Both the position numbers and the translations under genes were made by a program. Of a stretch of 64,000 nt of DNA, positions 10,823 to 21,839 are shown piece after piece. The notes under the pieces are model-generated. The model did no database searches and was not told the DNA's origin. It worked only from the letters and a program-made list of their open reading frames with translations. Numbering within the stretch: the stretch's first letter is position 1; every line of letters starts with the position of its first letter. Origin of the DNA: Mobula hypostoma (Eukaryota); the NCBI RefSeq assembly GCF_963921235.1, contig NW_026948140.1, positions 62,001 through 126,000 of the forward strand. The letters are read 5' to 3'.

Positions 10823-13070
10823 CGGGTAAGACTCCCGGAAGCGACGGTTTACCGGCTGAGTTGTACTCGGCTCTGTGGAACTGGATGGGCCCAGACCTGC
10901 TGGAAGTGTACAACGCTATGCTTCTGGCCGGCAGTACGTCTGAGTCCATGAGGAAGGGCATCATCACCCTCATCTACAAGCAGAAGGGGGAAAGGGAGGA
11001 CATTAGAAATTGGAGACCCATCTCTCTCCTGAATGTGGACTACAAGATCCTGTCCAAGGCTATCGCCAACAGGGTCAAGTCTGCTCTAGGTCAGGTGATC
11101 CACCCGGACCAAACCTGTGCTGTACCGGGCAGGAAGATCTCAGACAGCCTCGCGCTGCTGAGGGACACCATCGCCTACGTGCAGGACAGCGGGGTGGACG
11201 CCTGCCTGGTCAGCTTGGACCAGGAGAAAGCCTTCGACAGGATATCGCACACGTACATGGCGGACGTGCTCTCCAAAATGGGATTTGGGGAGGGAATCCG
11301 GAATTGGATCAGACTGCTCTACACAGACATCCGTAGTGCAGTCCAGGTTAACGGGTGGGAAACAGACAGCTTCTCCATCAGGTCTGGAGTCAGGCAGGGC
11401 TGTCCCCTCTCCCCTGTCTTGTTTGTCTGCTGCATAGAACCCTTTGCGGAAGCCATCAGGAGGGATGAGGGCATAAGAGGGGTGACGCTGCCAGGCAGTG
11501 GAGGGACCCAAGTGAAAACCTCCCTGTACAGGGACGACGTCACCGTCTTCTGCTCTGATCCGAGGTCAGTTCGCAGGTTGATTGGCACCTGCGAACAGTT
11601 CGAGCTAGCGTCGGGGCCAGGGTCAACCGCACGAAGAGCGAAGCCATGCTCTTCGGCAACTGGCCTGACCGATCCAGCGTCCCCTTCACCATCAGGTCTG
11701 ACCACGTGAAGGTGTTGGGGATCTGGTTCGGAGGGGCGGAGGCGTGCAACAAGAACTGGCAGGAGCGGACTGCCAAGGTGAAACAGAAACTGGGACTGTG
11801 GGGAGGGCGCTCCCTGTCGATAACGGGCAAGAACCTGGTCATCAGGTGTGAGGTGCTCTCAGGGCTGCTGTACTTGGCGCAGGTCTGGCCCGTCCCCCGC
11901 TCCTACAGCTCGGAAATCACCCGGGCTGTCTTCAGATTCGTCTGGGGATCCAAGATGGAGCGGGTGAGACGGACCGCCATGCACGAGTCCCTGGACAACG
12001 GGGGCAAGAACGTCCCCAATGTCGCCCTCACCCTGATGGCCAGCTTCGTATGTGGCTGCATCAGGTTGTGTGTAGAACCCAGGTATGTGGGCACCAAGTA
12101 CCACTATGTGCCCAGGTTCTACTTGTCGCCCTGGCTACGAAGGATGGATCTGGCCCCACTCCCGCGCAACGCCCCAGTCAGCTGGTCGTTGCCGGCATAC
12201 CTGTCCTACGTAGCAAAGTTCTTCCAGGAGAACGCCTTTGACCACAGGGCCATCAGGCAGTGGTCGGCACGTAGTGTCCTGCAGGCACTGCAGGAGAAGG
12301 ACGTGATGGACACAGTGGGGTGGTTCCCTGAGCAGACTGTCCAGTTCATCTGGCAAAATGCCTCATCGCCAGATCTAACCAACAGGCACCAAGACCTCGC
12401 CTGGCTGGCGGTGAGAGGGGCCCTCCCAGTCAGAGCCCTCCTGTACGCCCGGAACGTCATCTCCGCACCCCACTGCCCACGGGAGGACTGCAGTGAGGAA
12501 GAGTCTGTGACCCACCTCTTTACACACTGCCAGATCGCAAAGAGGGTGTGCAGGAGGACGGACGGGCTAGTGTCACGGTTTATCCCCAGCAGCTGCGTAA
12601 CAGAGGACTCTCTGATCTACGGGCTGTTCCCGGGGACGCACACGGAGATCAACATCCGGTGCTGCTGGCAGATCATCAGCTCGGTGAAAGACGCTCTTTG
12701 GTCGGCCCGAAACTTGATGATCTACCAGCACATGGAGATGTCCGTGGGAGAATGCTGCCGACTGGCACATTCTCGGCTGCAGGAGTACGTGCTAAGGGAC
12801 GCACTGAAACTTGGTGCAGCTACCGCAAAGGCCCGGTGGGGAAGGACCACAGTATAGGTTTCTCCACCCGTGGGAGTGGGAGGGGTCGGAGGGCGGGGAG
12901 TATACACCTCAACAATGATATGGTAAGCTGAACTACTGGAGTGCCACGTGGGTGGCTATAAATACGGATATGTACTGTGTATAATGGAAACGTATGTAAA
13001 GGATGAAAAGTTATTGAATGGTTTATTGTATATATTTATTTTTGAATAAAGTATATTTTGAAATAAAAAA
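10823..13070 (+). mobile_element. Tx1-type (L1 clade) LINE, 5'-truncated ORF2 with one frameshift
   Basis: RT NWRPISLLNVDYKI, SLDQEKAFDR, GVRQGCPLSP, YRDD (10861-11709); C-terminal CPREDC..HLFTHC (11646-12857); AATAAA and A tail at ~13045-13070. Confidence 0.9.
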
Positions 13071-13486
13071 AACTCTCGTTTTAAAATAGCACCATTAGCA
13101 TTTATTCTCCCTCTCCCCCCGAGAAAGAGCCTCGGCTGTTGTGTGTGAATTAATGGCAGGGGTGCCATTTGATACAGGAAGAAAATGTCAGCAAATTGTT
13201 AACAATTGGTAAACTTGCCCCAAGATAAATCAAATGATAACCTGTCCCATCCAAATGAAAAAAAGTGTAGGAAAATGCCGAAACACAGAAAAATGTGGCA
13301 TCAAGTATTTCCCAAAACAATGTGGATATTTACACAATTGATTAAACCACAAGCTCTGTCCAAGTGGAAGTGGGTGTAAATGAAAAGAGGGGAATGAAAT
13401 GGTGTTATTAATGATTGGTTGACGAATTATTTCCAAGTCATGAGGACATGGCTATTTGTGGTGGGGGAGAGTAATGCCCTGGTTCA

Positions 13487-14960
13487 CATAGAAACATAGA
13501 AACATAGAAAATAGGTGCAGGAGTAGGCCATTAGGCCCTTCAAGCCTACACCGCCATTTATTATGATCATGGCTGATCATCCAACTCAGAACCCCGCCCC
13601 AGCCTTCCCTCCATACCCCCTGACCCCCGTAGCCACAAGGGCCATATCTAACTCCCTCTTAAATATAGCCAATGAACTGGCCTCAACTGTTTCCTGTGGC
13701 AGAGAATTCCACAGATTCACCACTCTCTGTGTGAAGAAGTTTTTCCTAATCTCGGTCCTAAAAGGCTTCCCCTCTATCCTCAAACTGTAGCCCCTCGTTC
13801 TGGACTTCCCCAACATCGGGAACAATCTCCCTGCATCTAGCCTGTCCAATCCCTTTAGGATCTTATACGTTTCAATCAGATTCCCCCTCAATCTTCTAAA
13901 TTCCAACGAGTACAAGCCCAGTTCATCCAGTCTTTCTTCATATAAAAGTCCTGCCATCCCAGGAATCAATCTGATGAACTTTCTTTGTACTCCCTCTATG
14001 GCAAGGATGTCTTTCCTCAGATTAGGGGACCAAAACTGCACACAATACTCCAGGTGTGGTCTCACCAAGGCCTTGTACAACTGCAGTAGTACCTCCCTGC
14101 TCCTGTACTCGAATCCTCTTGCTATAAATGCCAGCATACCATTCGCCTTTTTCACCGCCTGCTGTACCTGCATGCCCACTTTCAATGACTGGTGTATAAT
14201 GACACCCAGGTCTCGTTGCACCTCCCTTTTTCCTAATCGGCCACCATTCAGATAATAATCTGTTTTCCTATTTTTGCCACCAAAGTGGATAACTTCACAT
14301 TTATCCACATTAAATTGCATCTGCCATGAATTTGCCCACTCACCCAACCTATCCAAGTCACCCTGCATCCTCTTAGCATCCTCCTCACAGCTAACACTGC
14401 CACCCAGCTTCGTGTCATCCGCAAACTTGGAGATGCTGCATTTAATTCCCTCATCCAAGTCATTAATATATATTGTAAACAACTGGGGTCCCAGCACTGA
14501 GCCTTGCGGTACCCCACTAGTCACTGCCTGCCATTCTGAAAAGGTCCCGTTTATTCCCACTCTTTGCTTCCTGTCTGCTAACCAATTCTCCACCCACACC
14601 AATACCTTACCCCCAATACCGTGTGTTTTAAGTTTGCACACTAATCTCCTGTGTGGGACCTTGTCAAAAGCCTTTTGAAAATCGAAATATACCACATCCA
14701 CTGGTTCTCCCCTATCCACTCTACTAGTTACATCCTCAAAAAATTCTATGAGATTCGTCAGACATGATTTTCCTTTCACAAATCCATGCTGACTTTGTTT
14801 GATGATTTCACCGCTTTCCAAATGTGCTGTTATCAAACCCTTGATAACTGACTCCAGCAGTTTCCCCACCACCGACGTTAGGCTAACCGGTCTATAATTC
14901 CCCAGTTTCTCTCTCCCTCCTTTTTTAAAAAGTGGGTTACATTTGCCACCCTCCAATCCA
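13487..14960 (-). mobile_element. Young CR1 (family A), 5'-truncated, open RT frame
   Basis: 467-aa ORF with FADD; (tttctatg)n tail. Confidence 0.95.
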
Positions 14961-14964
14961 TCTT

Positions 14965-16306
14965 TACTGTTGTGCTGTAGGTATTTCATTTTGCTGTTCT
15001 GTAAGAGCAGTCTGTTCTGCTTTCAGTCTGTTTGGGTTATTGTTGAAGATAAGGGATGATGTGGAATGTGTGCCACCTGCAGCCCCCTGATAAGCCTCAG
15101 GCTCGCTCAGCTCACTTTCGTCTAGGGGGAGCAGCCTTCGGCCCCAACAAACTGGGTCATCAAGTTTTAGTGGATGCTGTGTGATGTACCCCATCTCGCC
15201 AAAAAAAAGACAATACACCATATGTGATTAAATGATTACATTTTATAGATCTTACTAGAACTATGTAATTAATAGAGATAAAATATAAAAGGAAAATAAA
15301 AGGCGCCAAAATTATCAAAGTTCAACCACTTCGGGCACAACAGTTGGAGCTTAAGTAACAGGGTATTCTTTCCACTATGCGATCCCCTCCGACCCCCTCG
15401 ACCCGCCGCCTGGGACCAACCACGGTGGTCGACCGGACGCTCCACACGAGTCTGTCCTCGTCTCCTCTCCTCGCCGAAGACCCTGGGCCTCGGACTCCCG
15501 CTCAGGGTCAGTCCCTCCGCCCAGGGTCACAGCATCGCATCTCCTCTCTCTGTCCCCATCGCGCATTTTCCCTCCAAAACCGCGAACAATAGCTTACAGA
15601 CACACAAGAAAGAATAACATCTATCCCAATTGGTTAACAAATGATTACAATACTCTTTATAACCCAAACAAGCTGCTAGAGAGAAAACTTTCTCAGCATT
15701 TGTTATCACATAAAAGCTATTTTAATTACGGTATAACATAACAAAGAAGCCATTTTGTTAGCCTTCGCAGTAACATAAAAGAAGAAACCCCTTACACATC
15801 TAATTAGGAGGCGTTTTCTTAGAGATGGACACTAAGGTTGGTCTTGGGTTTTTTTTTGGTTCGGCGGGAGATGAAGAGAGAAGATGCTGAGGAGAACCGG
15901 TCGTGGGATACGACCCGGTGGGAGAGCCGTTTGTTCGTTTGTTGCGAGCGACATTCGGAAGGTGGTGTGGACGTTCACACTGACCGAGGGCCCAGTGCGT
16001 GAGCGACAGAGGAGTTCAAGATGAGCTTCAACTTGTGCACATTTGACTGTTGAATTAAAATGGGCCATTTTCTTTTTGTTTTTCTTTATTAACCCCTTAG
16101 TGAAGATTCATAAATATAATTCTTTTAATCGTATGCAGTGCACTGTCTGTTATTTCGTGGTACTAATTCATAATATGGTAGGAAAATACGCAGTATCCGC
16201 AGAAACCGGGTTTTGGAGCTGGAGAGCTGTCTCACTCTCACGGGTTTGGCGGGACTGGGGTGTGTTTTCCCTAGACTTACGCTGTCAAGGAAACCAGGGG
16301 TTTTCA
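14965..16306. mobile_element. Probable solo LTR with a second LTR (about 15069-15796, tgtgccac...ccttaca) nested in it
   Basis: TG...CA ends, non-coding LTR-like composition; no clean TSD found. Confidence 0.5.
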
Positions 16307-16409
16307 ATATGTTCAGAGCATTTCTGACTGGTTTCAGGATGGTGACGAGCTCAACCTCTGTTAAATTGCAGTTTAGACTTAGTTGTTTCTTTAATTGTTT
16401 AAATCAGTT

Positions 16410-17260
16410 TGGATTCGCAACAACATCTCCTCCATGATCTCCACACAGATGCACCACAAGGCTATGTGCTCATTTCCCTGCTCTACTCGTTTTTCACTTG
16501 TGGCTAAGCACAGCTCTAAGGCCATATTCAAGTTTGCTGATGACATCACTGTCAAAGGTGGTGGTGAATCAGTTTACAAGAGAGACTAAAAATCTGGTTG
16601 AGCGGTGCTATCACAACAATATCAGCAAGATCAAAGAGCTGATTATTAACTTCAGGAGAAGGAAATCAGAGGTCCAAGAGCCAGCCCTAACCGGCGGATC
16701 AGAGGTAGAGAGGGTTAGCAACTTTAAATCAGAGGACCTATCGTGGAGCCAGCATGAAAGTGCAATTATGAAGAAAGCACTCTACTTTCTTAGGAGTTTG
16801 CGGAGATCTGGCATGACATTTGAAACTTTGACAAACTTCCATAGATGTGGTGGGGTGTATATTGTCCGGCTGCATCAAAGCCTGGTATGGAAACACCAAT
16901 ACCCTTGAACAGAAAATCTGACAAAAAGTAATGGATAGAGCCCAGTCCTTCACGGGTAAAGTCCTTCCCACCATTGAGCACATCTACAGGAAACGCTGTC
17001 ACAGGAAATCATCATCCATCATCAGGGTTCCCCACCACCCAGGACATGCTGCCTTCTTGCGGCTGCTATCAGAAAGAAGATACAGGAGCCTTAGGTCTCA
17101 CACCACCATGTTAAGGAACAGTTACCTCTGTTCAACCATCAGGCTATTGAATCACTCACCCTTCATTTGCCATATCTTTGAAATGATCCCAAAATCAATG
17201 GATTCGCCTTCAAGGACATGTCATGTTCTCGATATTTATTCTCATTTATTTATTATTATT
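16410..17260 (+). mobile_element. Rex1/Babar LINE remnant
   Basis: IFKFADD, KIKELIINFRR, LYFLRSLRRSG and RRYRSLRSHTT motifs across frames. Confidence 0.8.
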
Positions 17261-17907
17261 TATTAGGTGTGCAAGATAATGAGAGGCATTGATCATGTGG
17301 ATAGTCGAGGCTTTTCCCCAGGGTTAATTAGCTAGCACAAGAGGGCATAGTTTTAAGTGCTTGGAGGTAGGTACAGAGGAGATGTCAGGGTAAGTTTTTT
17401 ACACAGTGAGTGGTGAGTGCGTAGAATGGGCTGCTGGTGGCAGCAGCGGAGGCAGAAACATAGAAACATAGAAAATCGGTGCAGGAGTAGGCCATTCGGC
17501 CCTTCGAGCCTGCACCGCCATTTATTATGATCATGGCTGATCATCCAACTCAGAAACCCGCTGGGCCCAGCCTTCCCTCCATACCCCCTGACCCCCGTAG
17601 CCACAAGGGCCATATCTAACTCCCTCTTAAATATAGCCAATGAACTGGCCTCAACTGTTTCCTGTGGCAGAGAATTCCACAGATTCACCACTCTCTGTGT
17701 GAAGAAGTTTTTCCTAATCTCGGTCCTAAAAGGTTTCCCCTCTATCCTCAAACTGTAACCCCTTGTTCTGGACTTCCCCAACATCGGGAACAATCTTCCT
17801 GCATCTAGCCTGTCCAATCCCTTTAGGATCTTATACGTTTCAATCAGATCCCCCCTCAATCTTCTAAATTCCAACGAGTACAAGCCCAGTTCATCCAGTC
17901 TTTCTTC

Positions 17908-20586
17908 CTATGAAAGTCCTGCCATCCCAGGAATCAATCTGGTGAACCTTCTTTGTACTCCCTCTATGGCAAAGATGTCTTTCCTCAGATTAGGGGACCA
18001 AAACTGCACACAATACTCCAGGTGTGGTCTCACCAAGGTCTTGTACAACTGCAGTAGTACCTTCTTGCTCCTGTACTCGAAGCCTCTCGCTATAAATGCC
18101 AGCATACCATTCGCCTTTTTCACCGCCTGCTGTACCTGCATGCCCACTTTCAATGACTGGTGTATAATAACACCCAGGTCTCGTTGCACCTCCCCTTTTC
18201 CTAATCGGCCACCATTCAGATAATAATCTGTTTTCCTATTTTTGCCACCAAAGTGGATAACTTCACATTTATCCACATTAAATTGCATCTGCCATGAGTT
18301 TGCCCACTCACCCAACCTATCCAAGTCACCCTGCATCCTCTTAGCATCCTCCTCACAGCTAACACTGCCACCCAGCTTCGTGTCATCCGCAAACTTGGAG
18401 ATGCTGCATTTAATTCCCTCATCCAAGTCATTAATATATATTGTAAACAACTGGGGTCCCAGCACTGAGCCTTGCGGTACCCCACTAGTCACTGCCTGCC
18501 ATTCTGAAAAGGTCCCGTTTATTCCCACTCTTTGCTTCCTGTCTGCTAACCAATTCTCCACCCACACCAATACATTACCCCCAATACCGTGTGCTTTAAG
18601 TTTGCACACTAATCTCCTGTGTGGGACCTTGTCAAAAGCCTTTTGAAAATCCAAATATACCACATCCACTGGTTCTCCCCTATCCACTCTACTAGTTACA
18701 TCCTCAAAAAATTCTATGAGATTCGTCAGACATGATTTTCCTTTCACAAATCCATGCTGACTTTGTCCGATCATTCCTCCGCTTTCCAAATGTGCTGTTA
18801 TCACATCCTTGATAACTGACTCCAGCAGTTTCCCCACCACCGACGTTAGGCTAACCGGTCTATAATTCCCCAGTTTCTCTCTCCCTCCTTTTTTAAAAAT
18901 TGGGGTTACATTAGCCACCCTCCAATCCTCAGGAACTAGTCCAGAATCTAACGAGTTTTGAAAAATTATCACTAATGCATCCACTATTTCTTGGGCTACT
19001 TCCTTAAGCACTCTAGGATGCAGACCATCTGGCCCTGGGGATTTATCTGCCTTCAATCCCTTCAATTTAACTAACACCACTTCCCTACTAACATGTATTT
19101 CGCTCAGTTCCTCCATCCCACTGGACCCTCTGTCCCCTACTATTTCTGGAAGATTATTTATGTCCTCCTTAGTGAAGACAGAACCAAAGTAATTATTCAA
19201 TTGGTCTGCCATGTCCTTGCTCCCCATAATCAATTCACCTGTTTCTGTCTGCAGGGGACCTACATTTGTCTTTACCAGTCTTTTCCTTTTTACATATCTA
19301 TAAAAGCTTTTACAGTCCGTTTTTATGTTCCCTGCCAGTTTTCTCTCATAATCTTTTTTCCCCTTCCTAATTAAGCCCTTTGTCCTCCTCTGCTGAACTC
19401 TGAATTTCTCCCAGTCCTCAGGTGAGCCACTTTCTCTTGCTAATTTGTATGCTTCTTCTTTGGAATTGATACTATCCCTAATTTCTCTTGTCAGCCACGG
19501 GTGCACTACCTTCCTTGATTTATTCTTTTGCCAAACTGGGATGAACAATTGTTGTAGTTCATCCATGCAACCTATAAATGCTTGCCATTGCATATCCACC
19601 GTCAATCCTTTAAGTGTCATTTGCCAGTCTATCTTAGCTAATTCATGTCTCATACCTTCAAAGTTCCCCTTCTTTAAGTTCAGAACCTTCGTTTCTGAAT
19701 TAACTATGTCACTCTCCATATTAATGAAGAATTCCACCATATTATGGTCACTCTTACCCAAGGGGCCTCTCACGACAAGATCGCTAATTAACCCTTCCTC
19801 ATTGCTCAAAACCCAGTCCAGAATAGCCTGCTCTCTGGTTGGTTCCTCGACATGTTGGTTCAAAAAACCATCCCGCATACATTCCAAGAAATCCTCTTCC
19901 TCAGCACCTTTACCAATTTGGTTCACCCAGTCTACATGTAGATTGAAGTCACCCATTATAACTGCTGTTCCTTTATTGCACACATTTCTAATTTCCTGTT
20001 TAATACCATCTCCGACCTCACTAATACTGTTAGGTGGCTTGTACACAACTCCCACCAGCGTCTTCTGCCCCTTAGTGCTACGCAGCTCTACCCATATCGA
20101 TTCCACATCTTCCCGGCTTATGTCCTTCCTTTCTATTGCGTTAATCTCTTCTTTAACCAGCAACGCCACCCCACCTCCCCTTCCTTCATGTCTATCCCTC
20201 CTGAATATTGAATATCCCTGAACGTTGAGCTCCCATCCCTGGTCACCCTGGAGCCATGTCTCTGTGATCCCAACTATATCATAATCATTAATAAAAATCT
20301 GCACTTTCAATTCATCCACCTTATTACGAATGCTCCTTGCATTGACACATAAAGCCTTCAGGCGCTCTTTTACAACTCTCTTAGCCCTTGTACAATTATG
20401 TTGAAAAGTGGCCCTTTTTAATGCTTGCCCTGGATTTGTCGGCCTGCCATTTTTACTTTTCTCCTTTGTACTTTTTGCTTCTATGCTCACTTTACACCCC
20501 TCTGTCTCTCTGCACTGATTCCCATCCCTCTGTTGTGAACTAACCTCCTCACGCCTAGCCTCTTTAATTTGATTCCCACCCTCCAA
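17908..20586 (-). CDS. CR1 ORF2: APE endonuclease + RT; single premature TAG at 17908-17910; no AUG before the endonuclease
   Basis: NARSIRNK, ITETW, GDFN, SDHN, FADD; the frame continues (17353-17883) after the stop; sister copies have TAT at this codon. Confidence 0.92.
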   Translation of the reverse strand: MEGGNQIKEARREEVSSQQRDGNQCRETEGCKVSIEAKSTKEKSKNGRPTNPGQALKRATFQHNCTRAKRVVKERLKALCVNARSIRNKVDELKVQIFINDYDIVGITETWLQGDQGWELNVQGYSIFRRDRHEGRGGGVALLVKEEINAIERKDISREDVESIWVELRSTKGQKTLVGVVYKPPNSISEVGDGIKQEIRNVCNKGTAVIMGDFNLHVDWVNQIGKGAEEEDFLECMRDGFLNQHVEEPTREQAILDWVLSNEEGLISDLVVRGPLGKSDHNMVEFFINMESDIVNSETKVLNLKKGNFEGMRHELAKIDWQMTLKGLTVDMQWQAFIGCMDELQQLFIPVWQKNKSRKVVHPWLTREIRDSINSKEEAYKLARESGSPEDWEKFRVQQRRTKGLIRKGKKDYERKLAGNIKTDCKSFYRYVKRKRLVKTNVGPLQTETGELIMGSKDMADQLNNYFGSVFTKEDINNLPEIVGDRGSSGMEELSEIHVSREVVLVKLKGLKADKSPGPDGLHPRVLKEVAQEIVDALVIIFQNSLDSGLVPEDWRVANVTPIFKKGGREKLGNYRPVSLTSVVGKLLESVIKDVITAHLESGGMIGQSQHGFVKGKSCLTNLIEFFEDVTSRVDRGEPVDVVYLDFQKAFDKVPHRRLVCKLKAHGIGGNVLVWVENWLADRKQRVGINGTFSEWQAVTSGVPQGSVLGPQLFTIYINDLDEGIKCSISKFADDTKLGGSVSCEEDAKRMQGDLDRLGEWANSWQMQFNVDKCEVIHFGGKNRKTDYYLNGGRLGKGEVQRDLGVIIHQSLKVGMQVQQAVKKANGMLAFIARGFEYRSKKVLLQLYKTLVRPHLEYCVQFWSPNLRKDIFAIEGVQRRFTRLIPGMAGLS

Positions 20587-20591
20587 CCATT

Positions 20592-21257
20592 CTAGTTTAA
20601 AGTCACCTCAGTAGCCCCCGCTAATCTCCCCGCCAGGATATTGGTCCCCCTAGGATTCAAGTGTAACCCGTCCTTTTTGTACAGATCACGCCTGCGCCAA
20701 AAGAGGTCCCAATGATCCAAAAACTTGAATCCCTGCCCCCTGCTCCAATCCCTCAGCCACGCATTTATCCTCCACCTCATCGCATTCCTACTCTCACTGT
20801 CGCGTGGCGCAGGCAGTAATCCCGAGATTACTACCTTTGCGGTCCTTTTTCTCAACTCCCTTCCTAGCTCCCTATATTCTCCTTTCAGGACCTCGTCCCT
20901 TTTCCTACCTATGTCATTGGTACCTATATGTACCACGACCTCTGGCTCCTCACCCTCCCACTTCAGGATATCTTGGACACGATCAGAAATATCCCGGACC
21001 CTGGCACCAGGGAGGCAAACTACCATCCGGGTCTCTGGACTGCGTCCACAGAATCGCCTATCTGACCCCCTTACTATCGAGTCCCCTATCACAACTGCCC
21101 TCCTCTTCCTTGCCCTACCCTTCTGAGCTACAGGGCCAGACTCTGTGCCGGAGGCACGGCCACTGTCGCTTCCCCCGGGTAAGCTGTCCCCCCCAACAGT
21201 ACTCAAACAGGAGTACCTGTTGTTAAGGGGCACAGCCACCGGGGTACTCCCCATCAC
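20592..21257 (-). CDS. CR1 ORF1 SGNH esterase domain (5'-truncated)
   Basis: VIGDSIVR, HIGTND and DGLHLN: blocks I, III and V of the SGNH fold. Confidence 0.92.
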   Translation of the reverse strand: MMGSTPVAVPLNNRYSCLSTVGGDSLPGGSDSGRASGTESGPVAQKGRARKRRAVVIGDSIVRGSDRRFCGRSPETRMVVCLPGARVRDISDRVQDILKWEGEEPEVVVHIGTNDIGRKRDEVLKGEYRELGRELRKRTAKVVISGLLPAPRDSESRNAMRWRINAWLRDWSRGQGFKFLDHWDLFWRRRDLYKKDGLHLNPRGTNILAGRLAGATEVTLN

Positions 21258-21839
21258 CTGACTTACGATAGGGTCTTTTTAGAGACTCCTGCATGGCTAG
21301 ATGGAGCTTAGGAAAATAGAGGGCTATGGGTAAAGCCTAGGTGGTTCTAAGGTAGGGGCATGTTTGGTACAGCTTTGTGGGCCAAAGTGCTTGTATTGTG
21401 CTGTTTGTTTTCTATGTATCAATGTTTCTCTGTTTCTTTTTCCATTTATCGTTTGTTGTCTTCAGGTAGAACTTTGAACTTGTTTTAGGAACAGAGAAGG
21501 GAGTTAGATGTCAGGTTAGAGTTTAGGAACAGAAATGTAGGGGAATTAGAGATTGGAATGGAGCCTAAGACCAGCATTCAAAGACCAGCAACGTGGACTT
21601 GGGGCATCTGTGATCGGATGTTGGACTGGCAGAGGGTGGTCAAAAGCCCCTCAGGGTCATGAGATTGTTGACAGATTCCAGAGACTGAGTTACACACTAG
21701 TAGGAATTCCATGCAACCCGGAGGAATGAGTTTCATGCGGGATGGAGGAACAAGTTCCAATCATCCTCTGGTTATCACGAAAAGGCAGGTTTGGATTTCC
21801 TGGCTTGGTGTTCAATGTTCAGTGAGACCTGGAAGTCTT

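Larger units (their letters stand above)
17455..21265 (-). mobile_element. CR1 family A, near full length (part of ORF1 plus all of ORF2)
   Basis: ORF1 and ORF2 listed below; (tttctatg)n tail; inserted into an older CR1 3' fragment (17265-17454 and 21266-21430). Confidence 0.96.

Noticed and set aside
19445..20221. 258-aa antisense ORF, and other recurring antisense ORFs in CR1 and PLE copies
   Set aside because: Shadow frames of TE ORFs; they recur because the elements recur, and show no recognisable domain
21430..21835. Unassigned sequence beginning with a pyrimidine tract and cag|
   Set aside because: No recognisable protein, donor or repeat; cannot support an exon call
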